Source of the DNA: a virus
Lineage: Duplodnaviria; Caudoviricetes
IMG/VR virus record: IMGVR_UViG_3300002515_000003
Coordinates: 64,001-128,000 of that record
Reading direction: 5' to 3' (one strand)
DNA length: 64,000 nucleotides
The notes under the pieces were generated by a model. It did not search any database, had not been told where the DNA came from, and worked only from the letters and a program-made list of their open reading frames with translations. Below are positions 41,080 to 51,778 of this stretch, one piece after another (the stretch's first letter is position 1; every line of letters starts with the position of its first letter). A program made the position numbers and the translations under genes.

Positions 41080-44000
41080 CTATTTATTAATATTAAATTG
41101 TATTATTTTATCTTTACTTTGTCTTGTATTATAAATGAAGTTTCCTAACGAACTTCTATTTCCACTGATGTACTTAAATAAACTCTTATTCTTGTCGGGA
41201 CTTATATCATTCAATACAGTATATAATTCTTTGCCTTTTTTAGTTTTTAATATAATAGAATCATCTATATTTACATTCATTAAAACTCCTACAACTTTGT
41301 CATCTATCATATTTTTAATATCTAATTTTATTCCACCTACGCCCTTCCCATTTTTAGATGCTACTGAATTTATAGACTCTGTTGATATTATTAATCCATG
41401 ACCACTTTGAGTTACTAATAATATGTCTATATCTTGTTTAGATACTGTTGTAGATACTAATGGACTATTTGTATTATATATTTTATCAATAGCAACTTGA
41501 CGATTTTGTACTGGCTTAGATTTAATTAAACTCATTTTACTGACATTTCCGTTTTCAAATGCACATATTAAATTTTCTAACCAATCTTTAGTTGCATGAA
41601 TATATATTACTTTCTCATCCTCTTGTAAGTATTCACCTAACCATGTAGTCATAAATGTTCCAAATTCTGAAGGTAAACAATCTTGTAAATCATATGGATT
41701 TCGTATTAATAATCTTCCTTGATTCGTTATAAGAAGTAAGGAATCTTTATTATTACATTGTATCATCTGTAAGACAGTATCATCTTCTGTTAACTTTTGA
41801 GTATCTGAATATTTACGAGTTTTCTTAATATATTTTGTAGTTAGGATAATTGTAGGATTATAATCTTCTACAAGGTCTGATTTTTCAATTTCTTGAATTT
41901 GTTTATTAGATATAATCTCAGTCATTCTTTCTTTACCATATTTCTTTTTACTGTATTCTAATTGTTCTCTTATAGTGGCATTGAAATATTCTATATTATT
42001 TTCTTTTGATGATAAATCTATAATTTCTTCTTCAAGAATACCAATATTAGCAGTTCTTTTTATAAAGTTTTCTTTATTAATTTGGTATACTTTCATATTT
42101 ATTACTGCCATTCCTTGTAATTCGTCTATATCAAAATATTCCATAACCTTACTAAGAGACTCTTTATCTGTTTTAGATTCTTTCATTAATTGGATTAATT
42201 TATCAATATCCAACAATACTTTTTCCAATCCTCTTAATAAATGCAGTTGTTCTAGTTTTTTCTCTTTGTCAAATTTAATAACTCTATCTATACTAGAATA
42301 TCTAAAACGAAACCACTCATCTAATATTGCTTTTATTCCCATTAATCTTGGAATTCCATCTAGACAAACAATATTCATATTAAAACTATACATGTCTTGT
42401 AATCTAGTTTGACTATATAATATATTCATTAGCTTTTCAACATTACAATTTTTCTTAATATTAATTTGTATGCACATTCCTAATTTAAAATCGGTTGCAT
42501 CAATTACCTTGGTTATGTCTTTTATAACGCTAGTATTACATAATTCGTTAATTCGTTCAATTATAACTTCTCTTGTTGTTGTATAAGGTATCTCTGTTAT
42601 AAATATTGAGTTATTCTTCACATAATATCTGCCCCTAAGAGGAATACTTCCCTTTCCTGTTTCATATATATTATCTAATATTTTAGTGTCAATTAAAGAA
42701 TATCCTTTTGTAGCAAAATCAGGGGATAATAGGTAATCAGATACTTTTAAATCTTTATTGTTTATATATTCAATAGTCAAATCACAAACTTCGTTTAAAT
42801 TAAAACTAGGTGTGCATGAAGCCATACCTACTGCAATACCCTTGTTACAATTTACAAGCACGTTGGGAAATATTGTGGGCAATAATGTAGGCTCTTGCTT
42901 TCGACCATCAAAATTGGGTATAAAATTTACTGCATTCTTATTTATATCTTTAAAAAACTCTTTATTAATTTCATTAGCACCAGTTTCAGTATATCTGGAA
43001 TGAGCTTCTTGTAAATCTCTTGAAGTATGCTGACCAAAATTGCCTTTACCATTTACATATGTATATAATAAAGTATCTTTTTGTCCCATTCTAACTAAGG
43101 TCTGATAAATTGCACCATCTCCATGAATATTATAAGAAGTATTAGAACCAACAACATTCAAAGATTTACTTCTTCTACCATATAAATTCATTTCATGAAG
43201 AGTCCAAAGTAGCTTTCTATGAGAAGCTTTGAATCCGTCAATTCCTATAATCGCACGTTCTTTAATAACCTCAATCGCATATGGTAAACAGTTTTCATCA
43301 AGTACTTGGGTTATATCTTTTTGAGAAATAGGTTCAAAATATTCAACATAATCAAAGTTATTAATAATTACTTCTCTTCTAGGTGCTACTTCATCCCCCT
43401 GCCATAATTCAAACTTCTCAGCCATTAATTTTGTATCTGCTACAGTTACTTGTGTAATTTTTCGAGTTTCAGGTGTCATCATTGTTTCAGATATTATATC
43501 TGGTTCTACTTCCCCTAACCCCTTATTCCGCTCGGGATTGGAGTATTTAATATCTTTTGAATCTAACTCTATAAGTTTCTCTACTTTTTCTTGTTCTGTA
43601 TACACATAGGTTATTAAATTTCCCTTCAAGTCGTTAATTTCATACAATGGACTCTCAGCAATGTACACATATCCTTCTTCTACTAGGGTAGGGGCTAACT
43701 TATACATACAAGTGAGGATTAATGCTCTAATGTTATAAGCGTCAGTATCACTGTCTGTGGCTAGTATTATCTTGTGGTATTTTAGTTTAGTAATATCAAA
43801 GCAATTTAATTCTTTATTATGCTTATCTCTAACTTCAATTCCACATCCTAATTTTCTAAATAATTGCACAACTATTTTATTTTTAAATATCTTTTCATAA
43901 TCTGCTTTTAATAATGATAACATCTTACCACCTACATGTATACAAGCTTGAAAATTAGAATTTCTTCCCATAATTATACTACCTTGAGCAGACGAACCTT

Positions 44001-45345
44001 CTGCTACATATATTTCAGCTTCTTCTGGATTAGTGGTAACACAATCATAAAAGTTTTCAATCTTATCTTTAGATGTATTTTTATCATCTAATTGTTTTTT
44101 TAAGTTCAACTTAGTCTTTTCTGCTTTAGTCCTAGCTCTCATGTTATTCAATATTGTAGAACATATTAAATTTGCTTGAAAACTATTTTCTAAGAAATAA
44201 ACTTGTAGTTTGGTTTTTAATGAATCTGTCACAAATTCTTTTATAAACTCATTGTCGATACTTCGCTTAGTTTGATTTTCATAGCTAGTATAATTTGAAA
44301 AGCTTGATATAATACAAATTAAACTATCTTCAATATCTGTAAATTTTACTTTTTTTTCATCTTTAGTATATAAATTATTAGAACTAATATATTCATGTAT
44401 TGTATCAACAAATGATTTTTCAATAGCTTTTGCAGTAACCCCACCTTGAGTTAATTCTGAGCTATTATGATAATGATGAAGTTCATTTATTTCATTATTG
44501 AATGTAAAAACCATTTCATATCTTGTATTATATTCGTCTTTATCTTGTCTATCCTTTCCTCTACCTGAGTCTTCAAATTTTACAACATCAATTAAGTTTT
44601 TATCATTGGAAATTTCTAATATATAATCTTCTATCCCATTTTCATAATATAAATTATAAGATTTGTTATTAATTTCATCTATTATATCAATATATAATCC
44701 TTTATTTACAAACGCTTGTTTTTTGAATTTATCAACTATCCACTCTATGGGGATGTCTATTTCACTAAATACATTTATATCGGGCTTATAATGTATAATT
44801 GTACCTGTTCTATCTGTATTATTTTCTTCAATTCTTAAAGCTCTTTCTCCTTGCTCTTTTGTGAATAGTGGGTCATCATCATCACATATAAATTCGTTAG
44901 TATCTTTATCAATAGGTCTACCTATTTTACAATTAACTATATACTTTTTACCATCTCTATACGATATAACTTTCATAAATTCAGCACTGAACTGGGACGT
45001 ACAAAGTCCCAACCCATGACTACCAATTGCTTCCGAATCCTTCTTATAATTATCTCCAGCATATAGCATCTTTATTGCTAAGTCCCAATTGAACCCCTTT
45101 TCCTTATCGTTCCAAGCCATAGGTAAACCCTCTGCGAAATCCTCTACTGAATAACTCATATCAGAATGCTTAGTTATTATAACTTTATTGCCATGACCTT
45201 TTTTAAATCTATCTATACTATTACTTCCTATTTCAAAGAGGGATTGTTGAGAACCCCTAATATCAGAATTACCAAACATTACGTTTACTTGTTGTCTTAC
45301 TCTCTGTGAACCTTTTAATCGTTGTAACTCTCCCATTAACATCAA
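41080..45345 (-). CDS. Type IIA DNA topoisomerase, single-chain GyrB-GyrA (ParE-ParC) fusion
   Basis: EIGSNSID and HGLG GHKL motifs; AEGSSA and DSDTD TOPRIM; KGLGE; DGFKASHRK, HGDGAIY, SRYT catalytic Tyr; beta-pinwheel-like CTD. Confidence 0.93.
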   Translation of the reverse strand: MMLMGELQRLKGSQRVRQQVNVMFGNSDIRGSQQSLFEIGSNSIDRFKKGHGNKVIITKHSDMSYSVEDFAEGLPMAWNDKEKGFNWDLAIKMLYAGDNYKKDSEAIGSHGLGLCTSQFSAEFMKVISYRDGKKYIVNCKIGRPIDKDTNEFICDDDDPLFTKEQGERALRIEENNTDRTGTIIHYKPDINVFSEIDIPIEWIVDKFKKQAFVNKGLYIDIIDEINNKSYNLYYENGIEDYILEISNDKNLIDVVKFEDSGRGKDRQDKDEYNTRYEMVFTFNNEINELHHYHNSSELTQGGVTAKAIEKSFVDTIHEYISSNNLYTKDEKKVKFTDIEDSLICIISSFSNYTSYENQTKRSIDNEFIKEFVTDSLKTKLQVYFLENSFQANLICSTILNNMRARTKAEKTKLNLKKQLDDKNTSKDKIENFYDCVTTNPEEAEIYVAEGSSAQGSIIMGRNSNFQACIHVGGKMLSLLKADYEKIFKNKIVVQLFRKLGCGIEVRDKHNKELNCFDITKLKYHKIILATDSDTDAYNIRALILTCMYKLAPTLVEEGYVYIAESPLYEINDLKGNLITYVYTEQEKVEKLIELDSKDIKYSNPERNKGLGEVEPDIISETMMTPETRKITQVTVADTKLMAEKFELWQGDEVAPRREVIINNFDYVEYFEPISQKDITQVLDENCLPYAIEVIKERAIIGIDGFKASHRKLLWTLHEMNLYGRRSKSLNVVGSNTSYNIHGDGAIYQTLVRMGQKDTLLYTYVNGKGNFGQHTSRDLQEAHSRYTETGANEINKEFFKDINKNAVNFIPNFDGRKQEPTLLPTIFPNVLVNCNKGIAVGMASCTPSFNLNEVCDLTIEYINNKDLKVSDYLLSPDFATKGYSLIDTKILDNIYETGKGSIPLRGRYYVKNNSIFITEIPYTTTREVIIERINELCNTSVIKDITKVIDATDFKLGMCIQINIKKNCNVEKLMNILYSQTRLQDMYSFNMNIVCLDGIPRLMGIKAILDEWFRFRYSSIDRVIKFDKEKKLEQLHLLRGLEKVLLDIDKLIQLMKESKTDKESLSKVMEYFDIDELQGMAVINMKVYQINKENFIKRTANIGILEEEIIDLSSKENNIEYFNATIREQLEYSKKKYGKERMTEIISNKQIQEIEKSDLVEDYNPTIILTTKYIKKTRKYSDTQKLTEDDTVLQMIQCNNKDSLLLITNQGRLLIRNPYDLQDCLPSEFGTFMTTWLGEYLQEDEKVIYIHATKDWLENLICAFENGNVSKMSLIKSKPVQNRQVAIDKIYNTNSPLVSTTVSKQDIDILLVTQSGHGLIISTESINSVASKNGKGVGGIKLDIKNMIDDKVVGVLMNVNIDDSIILKTKKGKELYTVLNDISPDKNKSLFKYISGNRSSLGNFIYNTRQSKDKIIQFNINK

Positions 45346-45366
45346 TCTCCTTAAATTAATTATGTA

Positions 45367-46482
45367 TTATTTTATGCTTATGTATTTTTCGATTCCATTT
45401 TCTTTAATGTCTTCATATATCTCTTTGTATTTTTCTTTTAATATTTCAAATCGTGGAGAAAATTCTTTATAATAATATAATTCATATATTTCTCTATGAT
45501 AAACAGCTTCTTCATAAGTTTTAAAACTTCCTACACACCCACTATTATTTTTAACTTGTTGCATGATTTTTTCAGATAAATAAGCAACCCAAGGCTTAAA
45601 TTTTCTTCTTTTGCTATCATAAAACACACCTATACATCCTGAACTATTATATTGTTCTATGTCTATTTTATCAAAACTATTTTCTAATTGTGTGCATAAA
45701 AGTAAATTACTTATTCTATTATCAGTAATTATATGGTTCTTATGATGTACCACCTTATCTTTAGGAGCATTTAATAAAAATCTATGTAGGAACACTGTCT
45801 TTTTATTTATCCAACCACAAACATATCCACTACTACTTAATCTCCATTTATATTGTTTTACTCTTTCGGCATCTTCTAAAGATATTTGAGTATAAGCATG
45901 TGGTATATAATTGATATTATATAATGTTATTTCTGCATATGAGTTATGATATTTTATTTCTAAGTCATCATATCTATTTCTGTCAGGCACAAACCCATGT
46001 TTTTTATTAATATAATAATGATTTTTACAAAATCCTGTAGCAAAAGCCTTGTCGTTACATCCATCTACTTTACATTTTATTCCTTCTGTTAAATGTCTAT
46101 TATGATATTCACAATAACCTTTAGCGTGATAAATACTGTCACATCCATCAATATTACATATTCTTTGACCTTTTTCATTTTTTACAATTAAATTATTATT
46201 TGTATCAAATTTATATAATCCTTTTCTTATGCATTTGTAACAAATATATTTACCATCATGTTTTAGTGTGTTTTTAATATAATTTTTGTAACTAATAGTA
46301 TCATTTTTATTTTCACAGTTTGGATTATCACAAATTACATCAATATACATTCCTTTATTCATCAAATCATCGATATTTATTTCAAACTCATCACCATGTT
46401 TTGTAAATTTATATCCCTTTTCTTCATACCATTTTCTATTAGCACCGTTCCATTTTATTTGTAGTGTCTTAGTTATTATCAT
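45367..46482 (-). CDS. Free-standing HNH-AP2-type endonuclease sharing the N-domain of the 9702 and 14007 proteins
   Basis: KWNGANRKWYEEKGYKFTKHGDEFEI; CxxxGC...GxCxxH fingers; LHRFL...VHHKNH..TDNRISNL; AP2-like GSFKTYEEA. Confidence 0.82.
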   Translation of the reverse strand: MIITKTLQIKWNGANRKWYEEKGYKFTKHGDEFEINIDDLMNKGMYIDVICDNPNCENKNDTISYKNYIKNTLKHDGKYICYKCIRKGLYKFDTNNNLIVKNEKGQRICNIDGCDSIYHAKGYCEYHNRHLTEGIKCKVDGCNDKAFATGFCKNHYYINKKHGFVPDRNRYDDLEIKYHNSYAEITLYNINYIPHAYTQISLEDAERVKQYKWRLSSSGYVCGWINKKTVFLHRFLLNAPKDKVVHHKNHIITDNRISNLLLCTQLENSFDKIDIEQYNSSGCIGVFYDSKRRKFKPWVAYLSEKIMQQVKNNSGCVGSFKTYEEAVYHREIYELYYYKEFSPRFEILKEKYKEIYEDIKENGIEKYISIK

Positions 46483-46500
46483 TATTATTTTATCCTCTCC

Positions 46501-46905
46501 TTATTTTTCAATTGTTTCATCTATTTTTCTTTCAATGCCATTTTTAACTTCTACATATTTATATCCTTTTATAGTTTTTATCTCGGGCAATGAATTAATT
46601 ATTTCTTTACAAGATTTATCTAATAATTCATTAGGTAATAAATCATACAGTATATCGTAATCACTCGTAGTACCCTCAATTTGACTCCAATATATTGTTA
46701 AGCATGTATGATTATTCAATTCATTAATTAGATATGAATATGCACTATTATTAATACCATTACATACCGAGTTAACATCTAATCCCTTATCATAAGGACT
46801 AAAAATTATCATGTTGTTATTTATATCGTCATAATACACCTCGTTTCTTCCACTCTTTTTAATTCTTTTAAACATGTTTATTAAATCTCTTAATTCTAAT
46901 TCCAT
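46501..46905 (-). CDS. Hypothetical protein
   Basis: RBS AAAGGAG; co-oriented operon. Confidence 0.6.
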   Translation of the reverse strand: MELELRDLINMFKRIKKSGRNEVYYDDINNNMIIFSPYDKGLDVNSVCNGINNSAYSYLINELNNHTCLTIYWSQIEGTTSDYDILYDLLPNELLDKSCKEIINSLPEIKTIKGYKYVEVKNGIERKIDETIEK

Positions 46906-47286
46906 TTCATTCTCTCTCCTTTGTTATATACATTTTATATTACTATGTTCTTAATATTGTTACTAATATCTTCCTTATATTCTCAGTATAACTCTTTATT
47001 GGATTAATTACAATACTTATTTTATATTATTATATTTTATATGTATTTAAAAATTCTTATCCCTCAATTAACTCAATATCTCCCAAATTATCTTCTCTAA
47101 TAATATATCTTGTGTCAGGAAACGCCATACTAAATACTTCAGCTCTCTTATCAACCTTATTTATATTTTCAACTATTCCACGTAATCCCCACTTCTTGAC
47201 CTTGTTTGACTTCTTCAAAGTTATTATATTTTATTAATTCCATTTTTAACACTCCTTATTTATTATTTTATTTTAACGAATCTACA

Positions 47287-48021
47287 TCAATAATTTATAT
47301 CTGCATTAGATATGTTAAACTCACTCTCCTCTATATTATATAGATGTCTTAAATCATTCTTAAAACACATATCTCTTTCAATCTGTATAGTTTTCGGTAA
47401 ATCTTTCATATCCTTCATTATATTTTTATTCTCTTTATTAAAAATTTTTATATTATTATAAATATAATCGTTCCCTTTAATTCTTTCTTTAATCTCAGCA
47501 TCTTTTTCAGTTGACATTGAATTTGAAAATAACATATTCGCATAATTATTATAGGATTTTTTACTGAGAGAACATATATTAACATTTCTTAAACTCTCAT
47601 TTGAACGTTCTTGTCTTACATCATAATCTAAAATAATATCACTACAACAATCTCTTATAATAGAATCAATTTTAATATAATTATCATATAATTTACAAGA
47701 TAATTTTAATAAATTATATAAATCATAGAACTTACCAGACTTTATTTTATACGTATCTGTTATATTATGTATGTAAAAATCTATTTCAAAATTATAAGTT
47801 GGCATATGAGAAATTATTGCATAAGTTATATCTCCCAACCCTCTTTTGTAATTTTCTTTATTTGTTTTCTTATTCAATATGAATTCTATATTTGTCAAAG
47901 GATATTTAATTCTTATTTCTTGTAATAATCTTATTGAAGTATTATATGAAACATCATTTATAATAACATCTGGCGACACTTCACTTGTTTCATTATAATT
48001 ATTTATTCTTAAATTTTCCAA
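47287..48021 (-). CDS. Hypothetical protein
   Basis: 244-aa ORF abutting the upstream gene; RBS GAGGAG. Confidence 0.65.
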   Translation of the reverse strand: MENLRINNYNETSEVSPDVIINDVSYNTSIRLLQEIRIKYPLTNIEFILNKKTNKENYKRGLGDITYAIISHMPTYNFEIDFYIHNITDTYKIKSGKFYDLYNLLKLSCKLYDNYIKIDSIIRDCCSDIILDYDVRQERSNESLRNVNICSLSKKSYNNYANMLFSNSMSTEKDAEIKERIKGNDYIYNNIKIFNKENKNIMKDMKDLPKTIQIERDMCFKNDLRHLYNIEESEFNISNADINY

Positions 48022-48600
48022 TTAAATCTCTCCTCTTTTTAATATTTCTTCAATTTCTAACCAACCCTCAACTCTAATTATATTCTCATGTCTCACATCT
48101 TTATTATAATTAGCATCCATTAGAAGTACCTTTATACCACTATCAGCTAACTCAAGTGCGTTATTTTCACAGTCCTCGACAAATACATCAACTCCTAATT
48201 CCTTTGCTTTATCAACCTTATAATGGCTACTAAGCATATGCAAAGGAATATCTTGTAATTTATTATCCTTTAAATAATCTTCAGTTCTTTTTCTAACATA
48301 TTCAGTGTCTTCCCTAGCTGTTATAAAATTACAATTATGAATAAGTTTAATTCGTAATAAAACCTCTACAACATTTTCTCTAATATCAACACTATCAAAG
48401 AATCCTTTAATATTTTGATTATATTTTAGTTTCCATTGTTCTTCTGTTACTCCGAATATATCACGTAAGTAATATTGGGTACATTGAGATTCTATTATAT
48501 TCGTATTGTGTAATTTATTGAAATAAGGTAAATAGTAATATGAATTTGACAATACACCATCAATATCTATTGCCAAATTAAGCTTTCTCATTATCTTCAC
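48022..48600 (-). CDS. HAD-family 5'(3')-deoxyribonucleotidase-like protein
   Basis: AIDIDGV, FITAR, K...DVFVED, YN motifs. Confidence 0.85.
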   Translation of the reverse strand: MKIMRKLNLAIDIDGVLSNSYYYLPYFNKLHNTNIIESQCTQYYLRDIFGVTEEQWKLKYNQNIKGFFDSVDIRENVVEVLLRIKLIHNCNFITAREDTEYVRKRTEDYLKDNKLQDIPLHMLSSHYKVDKAKELGVDVFVEDCENNALELADSGIKVLLMDANYNKDVRHENIIRVEGWLEIEEILKRGEI

Positions 48601-48769
48601 CTTCTGTTATAGAATTTTCTATTTCTACTAAACTTATATATTCATATTTATTATCCATATTACAAATAAATTTAAAATCTATTGGTTCGCCTTGAAATAT
48701 ATTTAACCCCCTTTTACAATAGCTCAAAATAGGACATTCTTTAAAAATACACGAGCATAATTTCGCCAT
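48578..48769 (-). CDS. Small Cys-rich hypothetical protein
   Basis: RBS AAAGGAG; overlaps the next gene. Confidence 0.55.
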   Translation of the reverse strand: MAKLCSCIFKECPILSYCKRGLNIFQGEPIDFKFICNMDNKYEYISLVEIENSITEGEDNEKA

Positions 48770-48814
48770 ATTTACATCTCTCCTTTATATATAATTTTAT
48801 ATTATTTACTTATT

Positions 48815-49117
48815 CTATTTTTTCGGTACTACTCCTGTATCTAAGAACTCTTTAAATCCATCTACAACTTGTTTGTCAGTGTCAATAAGTTTACCATGCA
48901 AATATATTTCTCCATTATGTTCAAATCTTAGAATTTCTTTGAAATTACCTGTTATTATCATTAGTGATTCGTCTTTATTGGCATTAAAATTAATTATATT
49001 ATCATTTAGTGGAATTTCTAATGCCTCACATTTTATTACTTTATAAAATTCAGCATCTTCTTTTGATTGACATGCTTTTATTAATCCTTTTGCTAATTCT
49101 AAATCCATTAATATCAC
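48815..49117 (-). CDS. Hypothetical protein
   Basis: RBS AAGGAG. Confidence 0.6.
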   Translation of the reverse strand: MILMDLELAKGLIKACQSKEDAEFYKVIKCEALEIPLNDNIINFNANKDESLMIITGNFKEILRFEHNGEIYLHGKLIDTDKQVVDGFKEFLDTGVVPKK

Positions 49118-49130
49118 TCCTTCGTATTAA

Positions 49131-49340
49131 TTATATTACTTCAATCCAATATCCCTTCTCAAAATAATCCTCAACTTGACTAGTAGGATAATCTTCTTCC
49201 ATTAATTCTTCTCCCTCAAGCCAAGTAATATATGTAATTTCAGGATTATTTATATCTTGAGTTGCTAGATAATCAAAATCCTTTTCTTCATCATACTCTA
49301 CAAGTTCTTTATTTAAATGAAATAATATATGTTCTGTCAT
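49131..49340 (-). CDS. Hypothetical acidic protein
   Basis: RBS AAGGAG. Confidence 0.6.
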   Translation of the reverse strand: MTEHILFHLNKELVEYDEEKDFDYLATQDINNPEITYITWLEGEELMEEDYPTSQVEDYFEKGYWIEVI

Positions 49341-49361
49341 TTTTATTCAACTCTCCTTTAT

Positions 49362-49820
49362 TTATATTTTAGGTAATTTCTTAGCCCATTTTAACAATTC
49401 TATATTTGCTAGTAATATTAATTTGTAAAGCTTCTCTTCTTTATTTTTATATTTATCTACTGTATATGTATTTTCAGATGATAGAACTCCAAAACTATTT
49501 TCTATAGTTGTATGATTATCATCGTCATATTTAATGGAAAATCCTTTTGGAATAGTTTCAAAAGTTATTCTCTCTGCAAATCTTATATAACAGTAAGGTA
49601 GTTCATCGTAATAATGTCCTGCACAACAATTGTCACTTATATAGCCCTTCTTATTAAGTTCCATTATAATTGGTAGCATTAACTCATCCACTTCAATTAT
49701 CTTGCCATAGCAGTTATTTTTAGGACACATTAACCAATGTTTATCGTCATATGGAATAGATTTAATTTCTTTTATAGAATCTCTGTATATTTGATTACAT
49801 TTTAAACAAAAATTAGCCAT
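49362..49820 (-). CDS. Hypothetical Cys-containing phage protein
   Basis: CxxC...CP..C; VDE...LNKKGY...CCAGH pattern. Confidence 0.65.
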   Translation of the reverse strand: MANFCLKCNQIYRDSIKEIKSIPYDDKHWLMCPKNNCYGKIIEVDELMLPIIMELNKKGYISDNCCAGHYYDELPYCYIRFAERITFETIPKGFSIKYDDDNHTTIENSFGVLSSENTYTVDKYKNKEEKLYKLILLANIELLKWAKKLPKI

Positions 49821-50322
49821 TTATATTATCTCCTTCTGCTATTTGACATACTACTTTAAAATATGCTTGTAATAAATCATTCGCTTCTACTTTAAACATA
49901 AAATCTTCTTTAAAGAAATTATTATTATCTATAAATTCCCAACAAGTAATTTGATAAACATAACTACCTTCAACGGTTTTGCTATCACAAGATATATCTA
50001 TTTTACTATTTGATTTTTCTTCTATAAATTCTCTTAATTGAGTTTCTGTTAATAGAGGAATTATGTCGTCAATATATTGTATATTCCAACTATCTATAGA
50101 TGCACTTGGGCTTCTCCATTCACGCAAAGAGTCTTTATGTCTTAAATCAACAGTTACTATTTCGTACTTATCTACTTTTATAACTATATATTTTTGTCTT
50201 TCTTCGTTTCTTTTTCTATAAAATAAATCATATTGTTCAATATTGTTCTTCCACCAATCTATTAAAGTTTCTTGTACTTCTTCTGATTGTTTTAAAAATT
50301 GTTCTACTGTTATGTATCTCAT
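49813..50322 (-). CDS. Hypothetical clostridial phage protein
   Basis: YITVEQFLKQSEEVQ...IPLLTETQLREFIE; RBS GAGGAG. Confidence 0.65.
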   Translation of the reverse strand: MRYITVEQFLKQSEEVQETLIDWWKNNIEQYDLFYRKRNEERQKYIVIKVDKYEIVTVDLRHKDSLREWRSPSASIDSWNIQYIDDIIPLLTETQLREFIEEKSNSKIDISCDSKTVEGSYVYQITCWEFIDNNNFFKEDFMFKVEANDLLQAYFKVVCQIAEGDNING

Positions 50323-50346
50323 TAGTTACACTCCTCTTATTTTATA

Positions 50347-50547
50347 TTATTTTAATACTTCTAACTCAACTCGTTTTAATAAATCTATCATGTAATCATA
50401 ACTTCCTTCGCTTTCATAATCACCTTTTATTGATTCTAGTGATTTTTGAAGTGATTTAACTATATTCATTGCTCCTTGATTATAACCATCTTTAAATTGT
50501 TGTACCATTAGTTCTCTTAAATCTGTAGAAATTTGTTCTTGATTCAT
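50347..50547 (-). CDS. Hypothetical protein
   Basis: RBS AGGAGG. Confidence 0.6.
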   Translation of the reverse strand: MNQEQISTDLRELMVQQFKDGYNQGAMNIVKSLQKSLESIKGDYESEGSYDYMIDLLKRVELEVLK

Positions 50548-50709
50548 AATTGTTTAGCCTCCTATTTATTTTATATATTATTTTAATCTGATATTTCTTC
50601 TATTAATAAAACTAATAGAAACAATGCCCATAAACAACTTGCACTATGTAATAAAATAGCTACTAATCCTATAGCTAAACATCCTATACTTGATACAATT
50701 GCTTTATTA

Positions 50710-50955
50710 CTAATTTTCATAACTTTCATTCTCCTTTTTTAATTCTTCTTTCAATCTTCTGTTTTCCATTTCTAAACTCCAAGAAGCTAACGTTATTGAT
50801 GTAAGCCATAACAATTGTGTTATTATTAATATAATAATTCCCAATATATTATTTGTAATAGTTCCTACCATCATAGCAATAATGAATGATGGTATAAAAC
50901 ATACTGAACCTAAAATTAATCCTATCAATTCTTTCTTACCTCTTATTTTAAACAT
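50710..50955 (-). CDS. Small membrane protein (2 TM)
   Basis: Hydrophobic segments; RBS AGGAGGAG. Confidence 0.6.
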   Translation of the reverse strand: MFKIRGKKELIGLILGSVCFIPSFIIAMMVGTITNNILGIIILIITQLLWLTSITLASWSLEMENRRLKEELKKENESYEN

Positions 50956-50970
50956 GATTTTACTCCTCCT

Positions 50971-51258
50971 TTATCCTATATTATTTATAATTGTGTGTTC
51001 TTTTATAGATACAAATGCTGAGACTGGTTTTGAATGATGTTTTCTACCTTCAACAATATTCTCTGCTATTTCCCTATTTGGAGCACAACTTTTACAAATA
51101 TATCTTCTAGTAAGTACTCCATTAATTTTAGGATTACTATCAAATTTCCACCCATTCTCTTTCTTAAATTCCTTATGACAAATACAACATTTATTCCAAA
51201 ATAATATTGTATTACATCTTTGTAAATTGTTACTGTTGCTTTTTGAATCTCTCTTCAT
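50971..51258 (-). CDS. Hypothetical Cys-containing protein
   Basis: CCIC...CKSC; RBS AAGGGG. Confidence 0.55.
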   Translation of the reverse strand: MKRDSKSNSNNLQRCNTILFWNKCCICHKEFKKENGWKFDSNPKINGVLTRRYICKSCAPNREIAENIVEGRKHHSKPVSAFVSIKEHTIINNIG

Positions 51259-51283
51259 AATTTAGTCCCCTTTTTTTATATAT

Positions 51284-51547
51284 TTAATCAATCGCTTTAT
51301 TCAATACAAGACACTTTCTTCTATTCCAAAAACGCCACCATTTAGATGTTTTATATCTGGGGATTGCATTATAATAAATATGTATAATATTTTCACTGTT
51401 AAATAGTAATTCTTTATTATGATTAAGTAGATATTTGGAAGCGTCATTTACTGAAGTAATACATCCATCATATAAATAATTATTATAACTATCTAATATT
51501 CTATCAATGGACTTATTATAATATCCTTTGAATATACTTACATTCAA
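51284..51547 (-). CDS. Hypothetical protein
   Basis: Coupled to the upstream ORF; KWWRFW. Confidence 0.45.
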   Translation of the reverse strand: MNVSIFKGYYNKSIDRILDSYNNYLYDGCITSVNDASKYLLNHNKELLFNSENIIHIYYNAIPRYKTSKWWRFWNRRKCLVLNKAID

Positions 51548-51759
51548 GTCAAATCCTTTATATATATATTTGTTTGATGTTTTGCTATATGATATACTCC
51601 TAAAGTTTCAAGTTCATTAATTTCTTTATAAGAAACAAATACTATATGTCCTATTCCTGTTTTGAAATATATAGAATTTGTAGTGTTATTCGCACTCCAT
51701 CCTTCATATTCTCTTATAGTTATATTATCTTCAATGGGTTTTATTGTATTGGTTTCCAT
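51544..51759 (-). CDS. Hypothetical protein (likely start METNT rather than 51870)
   Basis: Shorter start avoids a 92-bp overlap with the upstream gene. Confidence 0.45.
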   Translation of the reverse strand: METNTIKPIEDNITIREYEGWSANNTTNSIYFKTGIGHIVFVSYKEINELETLGVYHIAKHQTNIYIKDLT

Positions 51760-51778
51760 CGTAATTCTCTCTTTTAAT

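Noticed and set aside
41080-45345. An intein explaining the length of the topoisomerase
   Set aside because: The length is accounted for by B plus A subunits; no C...HN-C/S/T intein borders or LAGLIDADG blocks were seen
47057-47243. Possible small gene on - strand (MELIKYNNFEEVKQG...)
   Set aside because: The frame breaks at a G run near 47187-47190; cannot tell a remnant from a sequencing error or chance
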